Source: Candidatus Karelsulcia muelleri PSPU
Lineage (GTDB): Bacteria > Bacteroidota > Bacteroidia > Flavobacteriales > Blattabacteriaceae
NCBI RefSeq assembly: GCF_000829155.1
Contig: NZ_AP013293.1
Location: 120,001-152,000, forward strand
DNA: 32,000 bases
Direction of reading: 5' to 3'
The notes beneath the pieces were generated by a model, which was not told the DNA's origin, searched no databases, and worked only from the letters and a program-made list of their open reading frames with translations. Made by a program: the position numbers and the translations under genes. Positions 1 through 8,570 of this stretch are shown piece after piece (within the stretch, counting starts at the first letter, position 1; every line of letters starts with the position of its first letter).

Positions 1-833
1 CCAATTTTTAATCCTTTCCTTTGACCTTTTGTAAAATAATGAACACCTATATGTTTACCTATAATTTTACCATATTCTTTTTTATATTTTATTTTTTTTG
101 ATAAAAAAAATAATAATTCTTTTTTAGAAGAAAATTTATATTTATCATATTTATATATATGATTATTTTTATTTATTTCTATAATATCTCCTTTTTTTTC
201 TACTAATTTTTTTTTTAAAAAATTTAAAAATTTTATTTTTCCAATAAAACATATACCTTGAGAGTCTTTTTTTTTAGCATTAATTAAATTATACTTATTA
301 GCTATTTCTCTCACTTTTTTTTTATTTAAATTTCCCAATGGAAAAATTGAATTTTTAATTTGATCTTGATTAAGATTACATAAAAAATATGATTGATCTT
401 TATTATCATCAATACCAGATATTATTTTATAATAAATTTTTCCATTTTTTTTTATTTTTTCCTTTCTAACATAATGACCTGTTGCTATCAAATCCGATTT
501 GAAAAATATTGATTTTTCTAAAAAAATTTTAAATTTAATTTTACTATTACAAAGTATATCAGGATTAGGGGTCAAACCTTTTTTATATTCTTTATAAATA
601 TAATTTATAATTAATTTTTTATAATTTTTAGTAATATCAATTATATAAAATGGAATTTTTAAACTTTGTGATACTAACATTGCATCTATACTATCTTCTC
701 TCCAAGGACATTTATTATTTATATTATAATATTTAAGATATATTCCAATAACATCATAACCTTTTTGTTTTAGTAACAAAGCTGCTACACTAGAATCTAC
801 ACCGCCAGACATTCCTACAATTACCCGTTTCAT
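1..833 (-). CDS. mnmA: tRNA 2-thiouridine(34) synthase MnmA/TrmU, N-terminal ~277 codons. The 3' end of the gene lies beyond the window start.
   Basis: My own translation of the minus strand from the ATG at 833..831 gives MKRVIVGMSGGVDSSVAALLLKQKGYDVIG... It carries the PP-loop SGGVDSS plus TPNPDILCN, ATGHY, DQSYFL, DSQGICFIG and HYFTKGQRKGL motifs. It is missing from the ORF track because it runs off the edge. Confidence 0.9.
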   Translation of the reverse strand, partial: MKRVIVGMSGGVDSSVAALLLKQKGYDVIGIYLKYYNINNKCPWREDSIDAMLVSQSLKIPFYIIDITKNYKKLIINYIYKEYKKGLTPNPDILCNSKIKFKIFLEKSIFFKSDLIATGHYVRKEKIKKNGKIYYKIISGIDDNKDQSYFLCNLNQDQIKNSIFPLGNLNKKKVREIANKYNLINAKKKDSQGICFIGKIKFLNFLKKKLVEKKGDIIEINKNNHIYKYDKYKFSSKKELLFFLSKKIKYKKEYGKIIGKHIGVHYFTKGQRKGLKI

Positions 834-845
834 AAAAAGTTTTTA

Positions 846-1979
846 TTATGAAAACATTTCTTTGACTTTTTCAAAAAAAGATTTTTCAAATTTATTAGGA
901 CAAGGAATAAAATTTTTATCATATTTATTTTTTTTAAAAAAAATCTTTTGTTCTTCATTTAATTTTTTAGGAGTCCATACATTGATATGTATCAGTAAAT
1001 CTCCTTTTTCAAAACCTTCAAGAGAAGGTAATCCTTTACCTTTTAATCTAAAAGTTTTTCCTGATTGGGTTCCTGCATTTATTTTAATACGGGCTTTGAC
1101 TTTTCCATCTCCAGTAGGTACTTCTTCAGAAGAACCTAATACAGCATCTGTAAATGATATATATAAATCGTAATGTAAATTTTTACCTTCACGTTTTAAT
1201 TTTTCATGAGGAATTTCTTCAATAACAACTATAATATCACCAGGAATTCCATTTCCAAATGGAGCATCATTTCCTTTACCTGATATTTTTAATTGTATAC
1301 CTTCAGTTACCCCAGGAGGAATAGTAATACTTACTAATTCTTCTTCTTTTATTAAACCTTTATTATTTACTCCTTTAGGGATGTTTTCACCTTTTTTTCC
1401 TAAACCACTACATATATTACATGTAGTAGTAGTATTCATTCTCCCTAAAATTGTATTTGTTACACGTGTTATTTGTCCTGTTCCATTACAATTTTTACAA
1501 TATATTAATTCAACACCTTTAGCCATTTTAAAACGTTGAACTTTAATTTTTTTTTTTATTCCTTTTATAATTTCATTAATGTCTAATTTTACTCTTATTC
1601 TTAGATTACTTCCTTTAAGGATTTTTTTTTTATTATAATGACTAAATCCAAATTCGGAAAAATTGCCACTAAAAGAATCTCCAAAGAGATCTCCAAAATT
1701 TGTAAAAATCTCTTCCATATTCATTCCTTCATAACCATTATTAGAATATCCTTGAAAACCAGAATGACCAAATTTATCATAACGTTGTTTTTTTTCAGTA
1801 TTACTTAAAATATGATAAGCTTCAGCTGCTTCTTTAAATTTTTCTTCCGCTTCCTTTTTATTTTCTTTATTTTTATCTGGATGATATTTTAAAGCTAATC
1901 TTCTATAAGCTTTTTTAATTTCATCAGGAGATGAATCTCTAGATATACCTAATATTTCGTAATAATCTTTCTTTATCAT
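846..1979 (-). CDS. dnaJ: Molecular chaperone DnaJ (Hsp40), with a reduced zinc-finger region
   Basis: 377-aa ORF starting at an ATG. It has a J-domain with the HPD motif (KYHPDKN), a G/F-rich segment, the motifs CKNCNGTG and CNICSGLG, and conserved C-terminal domains. It sits directly downstream of grpE on the same strand. Confidence 0.95.
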   Translation of the reverse strand: MIKKDYYEILGISRDSSPDEIKKAYRRLALKYHPDKNKENKKEAEEKFKEAAEAYHILSNTEKKQRYDKFGHSGFQGYSNNGYEGMNMEEIFTNFGDLFGDSFSGNFSEFGFSHYNKKKILKGSNLRIRVKLDINEIIKGIKKKIKVQRFKMAKGVELIYCKNCNGTGQITRVTNTILGRMNTTTTCNICSGLGKKGENIPKGVNNKGLIKEEELVSITIPPGVTEGIQLKISGKGNDAPFGNGIPGDIIVVIEEIPHEKLKREGKNLHYDLYISFTDAVLGSSEEVPTGDGKVKARIKINAGTQSGKTFRLKGKGLPSLEGFEKGDLLIHINVWTPKKLNEEQKIFFKKNKYDKNFIPCPNKFEKSFFEKVKEMFS

Positions 1980-1981
1980 GA

Positions 1982-2470
1982 TTATTTTCCAACAATAACT
2001 TTAGAATATCTAATAACTTTTTTATTTAAAAAATATCCTTCCTCTATTACAGAGAGTACTTTTCCTTTTAGTTCATCCAATGTTGCTTTAACTTGAGTTA
2101 TTGCTTCATGCAGATCTGTATTAAATTTATCACCTTTTTTTGTTTTAATTTTTTTTAGTCCTTTATTTTTTAATATTTCATAAAATTTTTTTTTTATAAA
2201 AAAAATTCCTTGAATTAAAGGTTTATTATTATTATAATATTTTTTAATTTCTTTTAAACTTCTATCAAAATCATCTAAAACAGATAATAAATCAAATAAA
2301 AGAGTTTCATTAGCATTTTTTATAATTTCTAATTTTTCTTTTTTTATACGTTTTTTAAAATTTTTAAAATCTCCAAATATACGTATATATTTTATATTCT
2401 CTTCATTTAATTTATCATTTAATTTTTTTATTTCAATATTATCTAATTTTTCATCAATTGTTTCATACAT
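1982..2470 (-). CDS. grpE: Nucleotide exchange factor GrpE (short, 162 aa)
   Basis: Starts at an ATG. It has the GrpE-like pattern [11 protein letters not shown]...[12 protein letters not shown]...EAITQV...[16 protein letters not shown]. There is a 2-bp gap to dnaJ, the classic grpE-dnaJ arrangement. Confidence 0.9.
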   Translation of the reverse strand: MYETIDEKLDNIEIKKLNDKLNEENIKYIRIFGDFKNFKKRIKKEKLEIIKNANETLLFDLLSVLDDFDRSLKEIKKYYNNNKPLIQGIFFIKKKFYEILKNKGLKKIKTKKGDKFNTDLHEAITQVKATLDELKGKVLSVIEEGYFLNKKVIRYSKVIVGK

Positions 2471-2473
2471 AAT

Positions 2474-2528
2474 AAAAAATTATAAAAAAATTATAAAAAA
2501 ATTATTAAAAAATTATAAAAAAATTATT
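2474..2528. repeat. Tandem array of five 11-bp units (A6-7 followed by TTAT or TTATT), i.e. phased A-tracts
   Basis: Read directly from the sequence. The ATTAT core recurs at 2479, 2490, 2501, 2512 and 2523, an exact 11-bp period. The array begins 4 bp upstream of the grpE ATG (2470, minus strand). Confidence 0.85.
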
Positions 2529-2796
2529 AAATAAAAATTTCTTTGAAAGAAAGATTAACCAAATCTATTAAAAATAAATTAATAACTTTATATAAAAGTT
2601 TTTTTTTATTTTAAAAATAATTAAATTTAAAATTTATAATTTATCTCTTAAAAAGATTGATAAATTATCAATTAAAGAAATCCGTTTTTATTTATTAAAT
2701 TTTTTTAAAAAAGAAGAACAAATAATATTAAAATTAAATTTTAATAAAATTAAAAATATTAAAAATAAAAACAATCATTTTTTAGCAAAAAAAATA

Positions 2797-3774
2797 ATGA
2801 TTGAATCAATTCAAAGATTAGCAACATCTATTACTATAGAAAATTCTATTTCTATTTTGAATATAGATTCATTAGAAATGAAAAAAAAAATTATAGGAAA
2901 AAATGGCATAAATATTAGAGCTTTAGAAACCTTAACTGGTGTAGAAATTATAATAGATGATAATCCTGATTATATTTTAATCTCTAGTTTTAATCCAATA
3001 AGAAGAGAAATAGCTAGATTATCTATTTCTAAATTGATTTTAGATTGCATAATCTATCCATCACGAATAGAAGAAATTGTTTTTATTTCTGAAAAAGAAA
3101 TTTTAAAAGAAATCTTTTATATTGGAAAAAAAACTATAATTGATATGGGGATAAGAATTATTCATCCTGAACTAATTAAAATTGTAGGTAAAATGAAATA
3201 TCGTTCTTCTTATGGCCAAAATCTTTTACAACATTCTTGTGAAGTAGCTAATTTATCTTCAATATTGTCATCAGAAATTGGTTTAAATATAAAATTTGCT
3301 AAACGTGCAGGATTATTACATGATATTGGAAAAGTTTCTGACTTTGAATCTGAATTTTCTCATGCAGTTTTGGGAATGAATTGGGCGAAAAAATATGGAG
3401 AACATCCTTATATTTGTAATTCTATTGGATCTCATCATGATGAGATTGAAATGAAATCCTTATTATCTCCTATAATACAAATTTCAGATACTATCAGTAG
3501 TTCAAGACCTGGTGTTAGAAGAAATCATTATGATTCATACTTAAAAAGGTTGAATGACCTTGAAATACTAGCATTGAATTGTAATGGAGTAAAAAAAGCT
3601 TTTGCTCTCCAATCAGGAAAAGAATTACGTGTTATTGTTGAAAGTGAAACAATAGATGAAAAAAAAATATATAAATTATCTCGTGATTTAATTATTAAAA
3701 TTAAAAATAAAGTAAATTTTCCAGGTGAAATAAAGATAACCGTAATTAGAGAAATTAAATCTCTAGAGTTTTAA
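2797..3774 (+). CDS. rny: Ribonuclease Y (KH + HD domains), lacking the usual N-terminal ~190 aa
   Basis: 325-aa ORF. KH region: EMKKKIIGKNGINIRALETLTGVEIIIDD. Also KYRSSYGQNLLQHS, the HD motif AGLLHDIGK, SHH, and a C-terminus FPGEIKITVIREIKSLEF that is collinear with the Bacillus RNase Y I recall. The first ATG lies only ~20 codons before the KH domain. The frame is open upstream back to 2596 but contains no ATG, GTG or TTG. Confidence 0.85.
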   Translation: MIESIQRLATSITIENSISILNIDSLEMKKKIIGKNGINIRALETLTGVEIIIDDNPDYILISSFNPIRREIARLSISKLILDCIIYPSRIEEIVFISEKEILKEIFYIGKKTIIDMGIRIIHPELIKIVGKMKYRSSYGQNLLQHSCEVANLSSILSSEIGLNIKFAKRAGLLHDIGKVSDFESEFSHAVLGMNWAKKYGEHPYICNSIGSHHDEIEMKSLLSPIIQISDTISSSRPGVRRNHYDSYLKRLNDLEILALNCNGVKKAFALQSGKELRVIVESETIDEKKIYKLSRDLIIKIKNKVNFPGEIKITVIREIKSLEF

Positions 3775-3820
3775 TTTTTAAAAACAAATAATTATATTAA
3801 AAATAAAAAATAAAATTAAT

Positions 3821-5218
3821 ATGAATTATTATGATGTTGTTATAATAGGATCTGGTCCTGGTGGATATATTTCTGCAATACGTTGTTCACAACTAGGATT
3901 TAAGACAGCTATTATAGAAAAATATCCCAATTTTGGGGGAACTTGTCTTAATGTAGGATGTATTCCATCAAAAACACTTTTATATTATGCGGAAAATTAT
4001 CATAAAGCTAAAAATAGTTTTTATAAACATGGAATAAAATTTGATAATATCTTATTAGATTTTAAAAAAATGATGAATAGTAAAAATAATATTGTTAATA
4101 AAATTTGTGAGGGTATAAAATATTTAATTTCTAAAAATAGAATAAAAAGTTATTTAGGAACAGCTATTTTTAAAAATAAAAATACTATTTACATTTTAAA
4201 TAAAAAATCTATAATAGAAAAAATAAATTTTACTTATGCTATAATAGCTACTGGCTCTAAACCAATGGAATTACCCTTTGCCAAAATAGATGGAAATAAA
4301 ATTATATCATCTACAGAGATTTTATCACTTAATTATATTCCCAAAAAATTATCAATAATAGGAGGTGGTGTTATAGGAATTGAATTAGGATCATTATATA
4401 ATAAAATAGGGTCAGATGTAACAATAATTGAATATGAAAAAAATATAATTAGTAAAATGGATTTAGATTTAAGTAAAGAATTAGAAAAAATTTTAAAAAA
4501 AGATGGAATTAAATTTTTTTTTTCTACAAAAGTAGAAAGCATAGAGATTATTAAATCTAAGGTTAAAATTAATGCAAAAATTAATAAAAATAACAATATA
4601 AATATTATATCTAATTGTTGTTTATTATCAATAGGAAGAATTCCATATACCGATAATTTAGGATTAGAAAATATTGGAATAAAAAAAAATAATAAAGGTT
4701 TTATTATAGTAAATAATAATTTACAAACAAATATAGAAAATATATATGCTATAGGTGATGTTATTGGAGGATTAATGTTAGCACATAAAGCTGAAAAAGA
4801 AGGAATATTTGTCTCAGATAATATTTATGGAAATAAAAATATTATTAATTATAATTTAATACCATCTGTAATTTATACAAATCCAGAAGTAGCTAGTGTA
4901 GGAAAAAGTGAAGAAGAATTAAAAAATATAAAATATAAAATAGGAAAATTTCCTATTAAAGCTTTAGGTAGGGCTATTTCTAGTGGAGATATTAATGGAT
5001 TTGTAAAAATATTATCTGATGAATTAACAGATGAAATTTTAGGAATTCATATGATAGGTCCTAGAGTATCAGATATAATAATTGAAGCCGTTTTAGCTAT
5101 GGAGTTTAGAGCTTCATCTGAAGATTTATCATTAATATCATATGCTCATCCTACTTTTACTGAAGCTGTTAAAGAAGCAGCCTTAATTGCTACAGGGAAT
5201 AAACCTATACATATTTAA
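3821..5218 (+). CDS. lpdA: Dihydrolipoyl (dihydrolipoamide) dehydrogenase, the E3 component
   Basis: 465 aa. It has the FAD-binding GSGPGGY, the redox-active disulfide GGTCLNVGCIPSK, the NAD-binding GGGVIGIELG, and the C-terminal interface HAHPTFTEA. Confidence 0.95.
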   Translation: MNYYDVVIIGSGPGGYISAIRCSQLGFKTAIIEKYPNFGGTCLNVGCIPSKTLLYYAENYHKAKNSFYKHGIKFDNILLDFKKMMNSKNNIVNKICEGIKYLISKNRIKSYLGTAIFKNKNTIYILNKKSIIEKINFTYAIIATGSKPMELPFAKIDGNKIISSTEILSLNYIPKKLSIIGGGVIGIELGSLYNKIGSDVTIIEYEKNIISKMDLDLSKELEKILKKDGIKFFFSTKVESIEIIKSKVKINAKINKNNNINIISNCCLLSIGRIPYTDNLGLENIGIKKNNKGFIIVNNNLQTNIENIYAIGDVIGGLMLAHKAEKEGIFVSDNIYGNKNIINYNLIPSVIYTNPEVASVGKSEEELKNIKYKIGKFPIKALGRAISSGDINGFVKILSDELTDEILGIHMIGPRVSDIIIEAVLAMEFRASSEDLSLISYAHPTFTEAVKEAALIATGNKPIHI

Positions 5219-5232
5219 TTAATAATTATAAA

Positions 5233-6564
5233 ATGGTCAAATCACCCCCTCAAGCTATAGATTTAGAAGAAGCTGTTTTAGGTGCATTGATGATTGATAA
5301 AAAAGTATTTTCTAGTATTATAGATATAATAACTCCAGAAATTTTTTATAAAAATGAAAATCGTGAGATATTCAAAGTAATACAAAAATTATTTAATTAT
5401 TCTAAACCTATAGATTTATATACTGTATCAAATCAATTAAAAAAAGAAGGAAAAATTAATTTTATAGGAGGAGATTATTATTTAATAAAACTTACTCAAA
5501 AAGTAATTTCTTCAGCTCATATAAAATATCATGCAAATATAATTAGACAAAAATTTATATTAAGACGGTTAATTGAAATTTCTTATTTTATAATAAAAAA
5601 TTCCTATAAAGAAACTACTGATGTATTTGATATTTTAAATTATGCAGAATCACAATTATTTAATATAAGTAATAATAACTTTAAAAGAAATTATGAAAAT
5701 GCTAAAGATTTAATTGATAGAGCTATATCAAATATAAAAAAATTACAACTTAATAATGGCTTAAGTGGAATTCCTTCAGGATTTAAAACTATTGATAATA
5801 TTACTGGTGGTTGGCAAAAATCTGATTTAATAATTATTGCTGCTAGACCTGGAATGGGCAAAACATCTTTTGCTCTTTCTATGACTAGAAATATTGTTAT
5901 TAAATATAATATACCTACAATGATATTTTCTTTAGAAATGTCTTCAATACAATTAATAACAAGATTAATTTATTCTGAAACAGAAATTTCTTCTGAAAAA
6001 TTTAGAAAATCAATTTTATCTGATTTTGAATGGAATAAGATTTTTATTAAAATAAAAAAATTAAAAAATTCACCTTTATTTATTGATGATACACCATCTT
6101 TATCTGTTTTTGATTTAAGAGCTAAATGTAGACGTATGGTCTCACAACATAAAATAGGTATAATAATAATAGATTATTTACAATTAATGACAGTAAGTAA
6201 TAAGCCTATAAATAGGGAACAAGAAATATCTCTTATATCAAGAAATTTAAAATCTATAGCAAAAGAATTAAATATACCTATAATTGCTATTTCACAATTA
6301 TCACGTGCTGTAGAAATAAGAGGTGGGTATAAAAGACCTTTATTATCAGATTTAAGAGAATCTGGAGCTATAGAACAAGATGCCGATATTGTTTCATTTA
6401 TTTATCGTCCTGATTATTATGGTTTTCATTATTGGGATAATGATGAATCTACTCCTTGTAAGGGAGAAGCAGAATTTATAATAGCTAAAAATAGAAATGG
6501 TGGATTATATAATTTAAAACTTAATTTTATAAGTAATTCTGTTAAATTTACAGAGAAATTTTAA
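5233..6564 (+). CDS. dnaB: Replicative DNA helicase DnaB
   Basis: 443 aa. N-terminus PPQAIDLEEAVLGALMID, Walker A ARPGMGKTSFAL, IIIDYLQLM, ISQLSRAVE, and LSDLRESGAIEQDADIV. Confidence 0.95.
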   Translation: MVKSPPQAIDLEEAVLGALMIDKKVFSSIIDIITPEIFYKNENREIFKVIQKLFNYSKPIDLYTVSNQLKKEGKINFIGGDYYLIKLTQKVISSAHIKYHANIIRQKFILRRLIEISYFIIKNSYKETTDVFDILNYAESQLFNISNNNFKRNYENAKDLIDRAISNIKKLQLNNGLSGIPSGFKTIDNITGGWQKSDLIIIAARPGMGKTSFALSMTRNIVIKYNIPTMIFSLEMSSIQLITRLIYSETEISSEKFRKSILSDFEWNKIFIKIKKLKNSPLFIDDTPSLSVFDLRAKCRRMVSQHKIGIIIIDYLQLMTVSNKPINREQEISLISRNLKSIAKELNIPIIAISQLSRAVEIRGGYKRPLLSDLRESGAIEQDADIVSFIYRPDYYGFHYWDNDESTPCKGEAEFIIAKNRNGGLYNLKLNFISNSVKFTEKF

Positions 6565-6576
6565 TAAACATTAATA

Positions 6577-7557
6577 ATGTATAAAATTAGTAAAAAATCA
6601 GAATATTTTTTATATAAATATTTAACAACTGGATCTGAAGTTGATGCTCAAAAAATATGGATGAAATATATAAAACAATATTCAGACTCTATTGAAATAG
6701 ATAATTATGGAACAGTTGTAGGTATTATAAATAAAAAAAAAACTTTTAAAATTGTAATTGAAGCACATATAGATGAAATTTACTGGTATGTTAATTATAT
6801 TACAGATGATGGATTTATATATGTAGCTGGTGGGAGTGAGAATAAGATAGCAACGTCAAAACGTGTTAATATTCATACTAAAAATTGTATTATTGATGGA
6901 TTATTTGTATGGCCCGCTATTAAATCACCAAATATAAAAAAAATTTTTATAGATATAGGTGCTTCTAATAAAAAAGAAGTAGAAGATTTGGGAATTAATG
7001 TAGGTTGTATGGTAACTTATACAGATAATTTTTTTATTATGAATAATAACTATTTTGTAGGGAGTGCGTTAAATAATAAAATAGGTGGATTTATTATAGC
7101 TGAAGTTATGAGGTTAATAAAAGAAAATAATTTTGTATTCCCTTATGGGTTGTATGTTATAAATTATGTTAAAAACACTAAAATAATTAGTATTAAACCT
7201 AATATAGCTATTATAACTGATGTATGTAATGATACTACTATGATTGATAAAAAAATCAATGGAGATGTAAAATGCGGATTGGGACCAGTTATAAGTTATT
7301 CTACATCAATCAACAATAATTTACGTGAAAAAATTATATATATTGCTAATAAAAATAATTTAGACTTTCAAAGACTTGTATCACCTATATGTACAGGTAC
7401 ATACAATGGTGTTATTTATGCTTTAATATCTATTCCTATACGTTATATGCATACAACAGTAGAAATGGCTAACAAAAAAGATATAGAAAATTGTATACAT
7501 CTAATGTTTGAAACATTAAAAAGTATATATAGTAACAAAAATTTTAAATATTTGTAA
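6577..7557 (+). CDS. M42 (TET/FrvX/glutamyl-aminopeptidase) family homolog, probably catalytically degenerate
   Basis: 326 aa. It is collinear with M42 peptidases as I recall them: EAHIDEI, IFIDIGASNKKEVEDLGINVG, ITDV and IPIRYMHTTVEM. The conserved metal-ligand Asp in the xDDR motif reads LNNK here, and the QEEVGLRGA catalytic Glu-Glu segment is absent. Confidence 0.65.
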   Translation: MYKISKKSEYFLYKYLTTGSEVDAQKIWMKYIKQYSDSIEIDNYGTVVGIINKKKTFKIVIEAHIDEIYWYVNYITDDGFIYVAGGSENKIATSKRVNIHTKNCIIDGLFVWPAIKSPNIKKIFIDIGASNKKEVEDLGINVGCMVTYTDNFFIMNNNYFVGSALNNKIGGFIIAEVMRLIKENNFVFPYGLYVINYVKNTKIISIKPNIAIITDVCNDTTMIDKKINGDVKCGLGPVISYSTSINNNLREKIIYIANKNNLDFQRLVSPICTGTYNGVIYALISIPIRYMHTTVEMANKKDIENCIHLMFETLKSIYSNKNFKYL

Positions 7558-7574
7558 ATTATAAATAAAAAAAA

Positions 7575-8570
7575 ATGTATACACCACAAAAATTTAAAAA
7601 TAAAATTTTTTATAAAAGTAAAAATGCACAGAAACATATAGTATTACCTGAAGGAGAAGAAGAACGGATTATTATAGCGGCATCAATTTTTATATATAAT
7701 AAACTTGGAAAGTTAACTATATTAGGTGATTCAAAAACAATTAAAAAAAAAATAAAAAAATTAAATTTATATTGGGATGAAAAGAGTATAAAAATAATAA
7801 ATCCTAAAAATTCTATATATTTAAATGAGTTTGCTGAAACTCTTTATGAATTAAGAAAAAATAAAGGTATGAAATTTGAAGAAGCCAAATTTCTTATTTC
7901 AGATTTTTCATATTTTGGAACTATGATGGTTTATAAAGGAATGACTGATGGTATGGTTTCAGGTGCAGTTAATACGACTGCTAATACTGTTAGGCCTGCT
8001 TTCCAAATAATAAAACAGAAAATAGGAATAAAAACTGTATCATCTATGTTTTTTATGTTATTACAAAATCGTGTAATAATATATTCAGATTGTGCTATAA
8101 TTTCTACCCCGACATCAGAACAATTAGCTGATATAGCAATATGTTCAGCCGAAACTGCTAAATTGTTTGGAATAACACCTAAAATTGCCATGTTATCATA
8201 TTCATCTGGAAATTCTGGATTTGGAAAAGAAGTAGAAAAAGTTAGAGAAGCTACATATATTGTTATAAAAACTAATCCTAGTATTATTATAGATGGTCCT
8301 ATTCAATATGATGCTGCAGTAGATACAGAAATTTGTAAAAAAAAAATACCTAATTCTAAATTAAAAGGAAAAGCTAATATATTTATATTTCCTGATCTTA
8401 ATTCAGGAAATAATACTTATAAAGCAGTAAAACATGAAACTAAATCAATTTCTATTGGACCAATATTGCAAGGATTAAAAAAACCAATTAATGATTTAAG
8501 CAGAGGATCTACTGTAAAAGACATATATAATACTATTATAATTACTTGTATACAAGCAAATAAAATATGA
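7575..8570 (+). CDS. pta: Phosphate acetyltransferase (short PTA_PTB-only form)
   Basis: 331 aa. It has IVLPEGEEERII, GMVSGAVNTTANTVRPAFQII, YSDCAI, MLSYSSG, IFPDLNSGNNTYK, and GPILQGLKKPINDLSRG. Its TGA stop overlaps the ackA ATG (ATGA at 8567-8570). Confidence 0.95.
   Translation: MYTPQKFKNKIFYKSKNAQKHIVLPEGEEERIIIAASIFIYNKLGKLTILGDSKTIKKKIKKLNLYWDEKSIKIINPKNSIYLNEFAETLYELRKNKGMKFEEAKFLISDFSYFGTMMVYKGMTDGMVSGAVNTTANTVRPAFQIIKQKIGIKTVSSMFFMLLQNRVIIYSDCAIISTPTSEQLADIAICSAETAKLFGITPKIAMLSYSSGNSGFGKEVEKVREATYIVIKTNPSIIIDGPIQYDAAVDTEICKKKIPNSKLKGKANIFIFPDLNSGNNTYKAVKHETKSISIGPILQGLKKPINDLSRGSTVKDIYNTIIITCIQANKI

Noticed and set aside
862-1173. 103-aa plus-strand ORF antisense to dnaJ
   Set aside because: It lies entirely inside the well-supported dnaJ coding region. 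Its product has no recognisable motifs and a skewed composition (F/L/S/K-rich). The open antisense frame is explained by the locally higher GC content of the conserved DnaJ C-terminal domain. I treat it as a shadow ORF.
2538-2552. Inverted repeat TTTCTTT-G-AAAGAAA in the grpE/rny spacer, a possible operator or hairpin
   Set aside because: The arms are only 7 nt with a 1-nt spacer, so it cannot form a stable hairpin. It does not resemble CIRCE or any other heat-shock operator I know. It is composed almost entirely of A and T, so a chance occurrence is plausible.
2560-2567. Match to the Bacteroidetes -7 promoter consensus TAnnTTTG (TAGATTTG on the minus strand, ~90 nt upstream of grpE). A second match is TATATTTG at 28587-28594, upstream of tRNA-Asp.
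   Set aside because: In DNA this AT-rich the 6 specified bases are expected many times by chance on both strands. I could not find a properly spaced TTTG -33 element for the grpE candidate. These are not strong enough to call as promoters without transcription-start data.
8568-8570. Possibility of an alternative genetic code (UGA = Trp), as in some tiny symbiont genomes
   Set aside because: TGA terminates pta (8568-8570) and argF' (26744-26746) at positions matching the normal C-termini of those proteins, each within an ATGA overlap. Conserved Trp positions are encoded by TGG. All 24 genes read through cleanly with the standard bacterial code.
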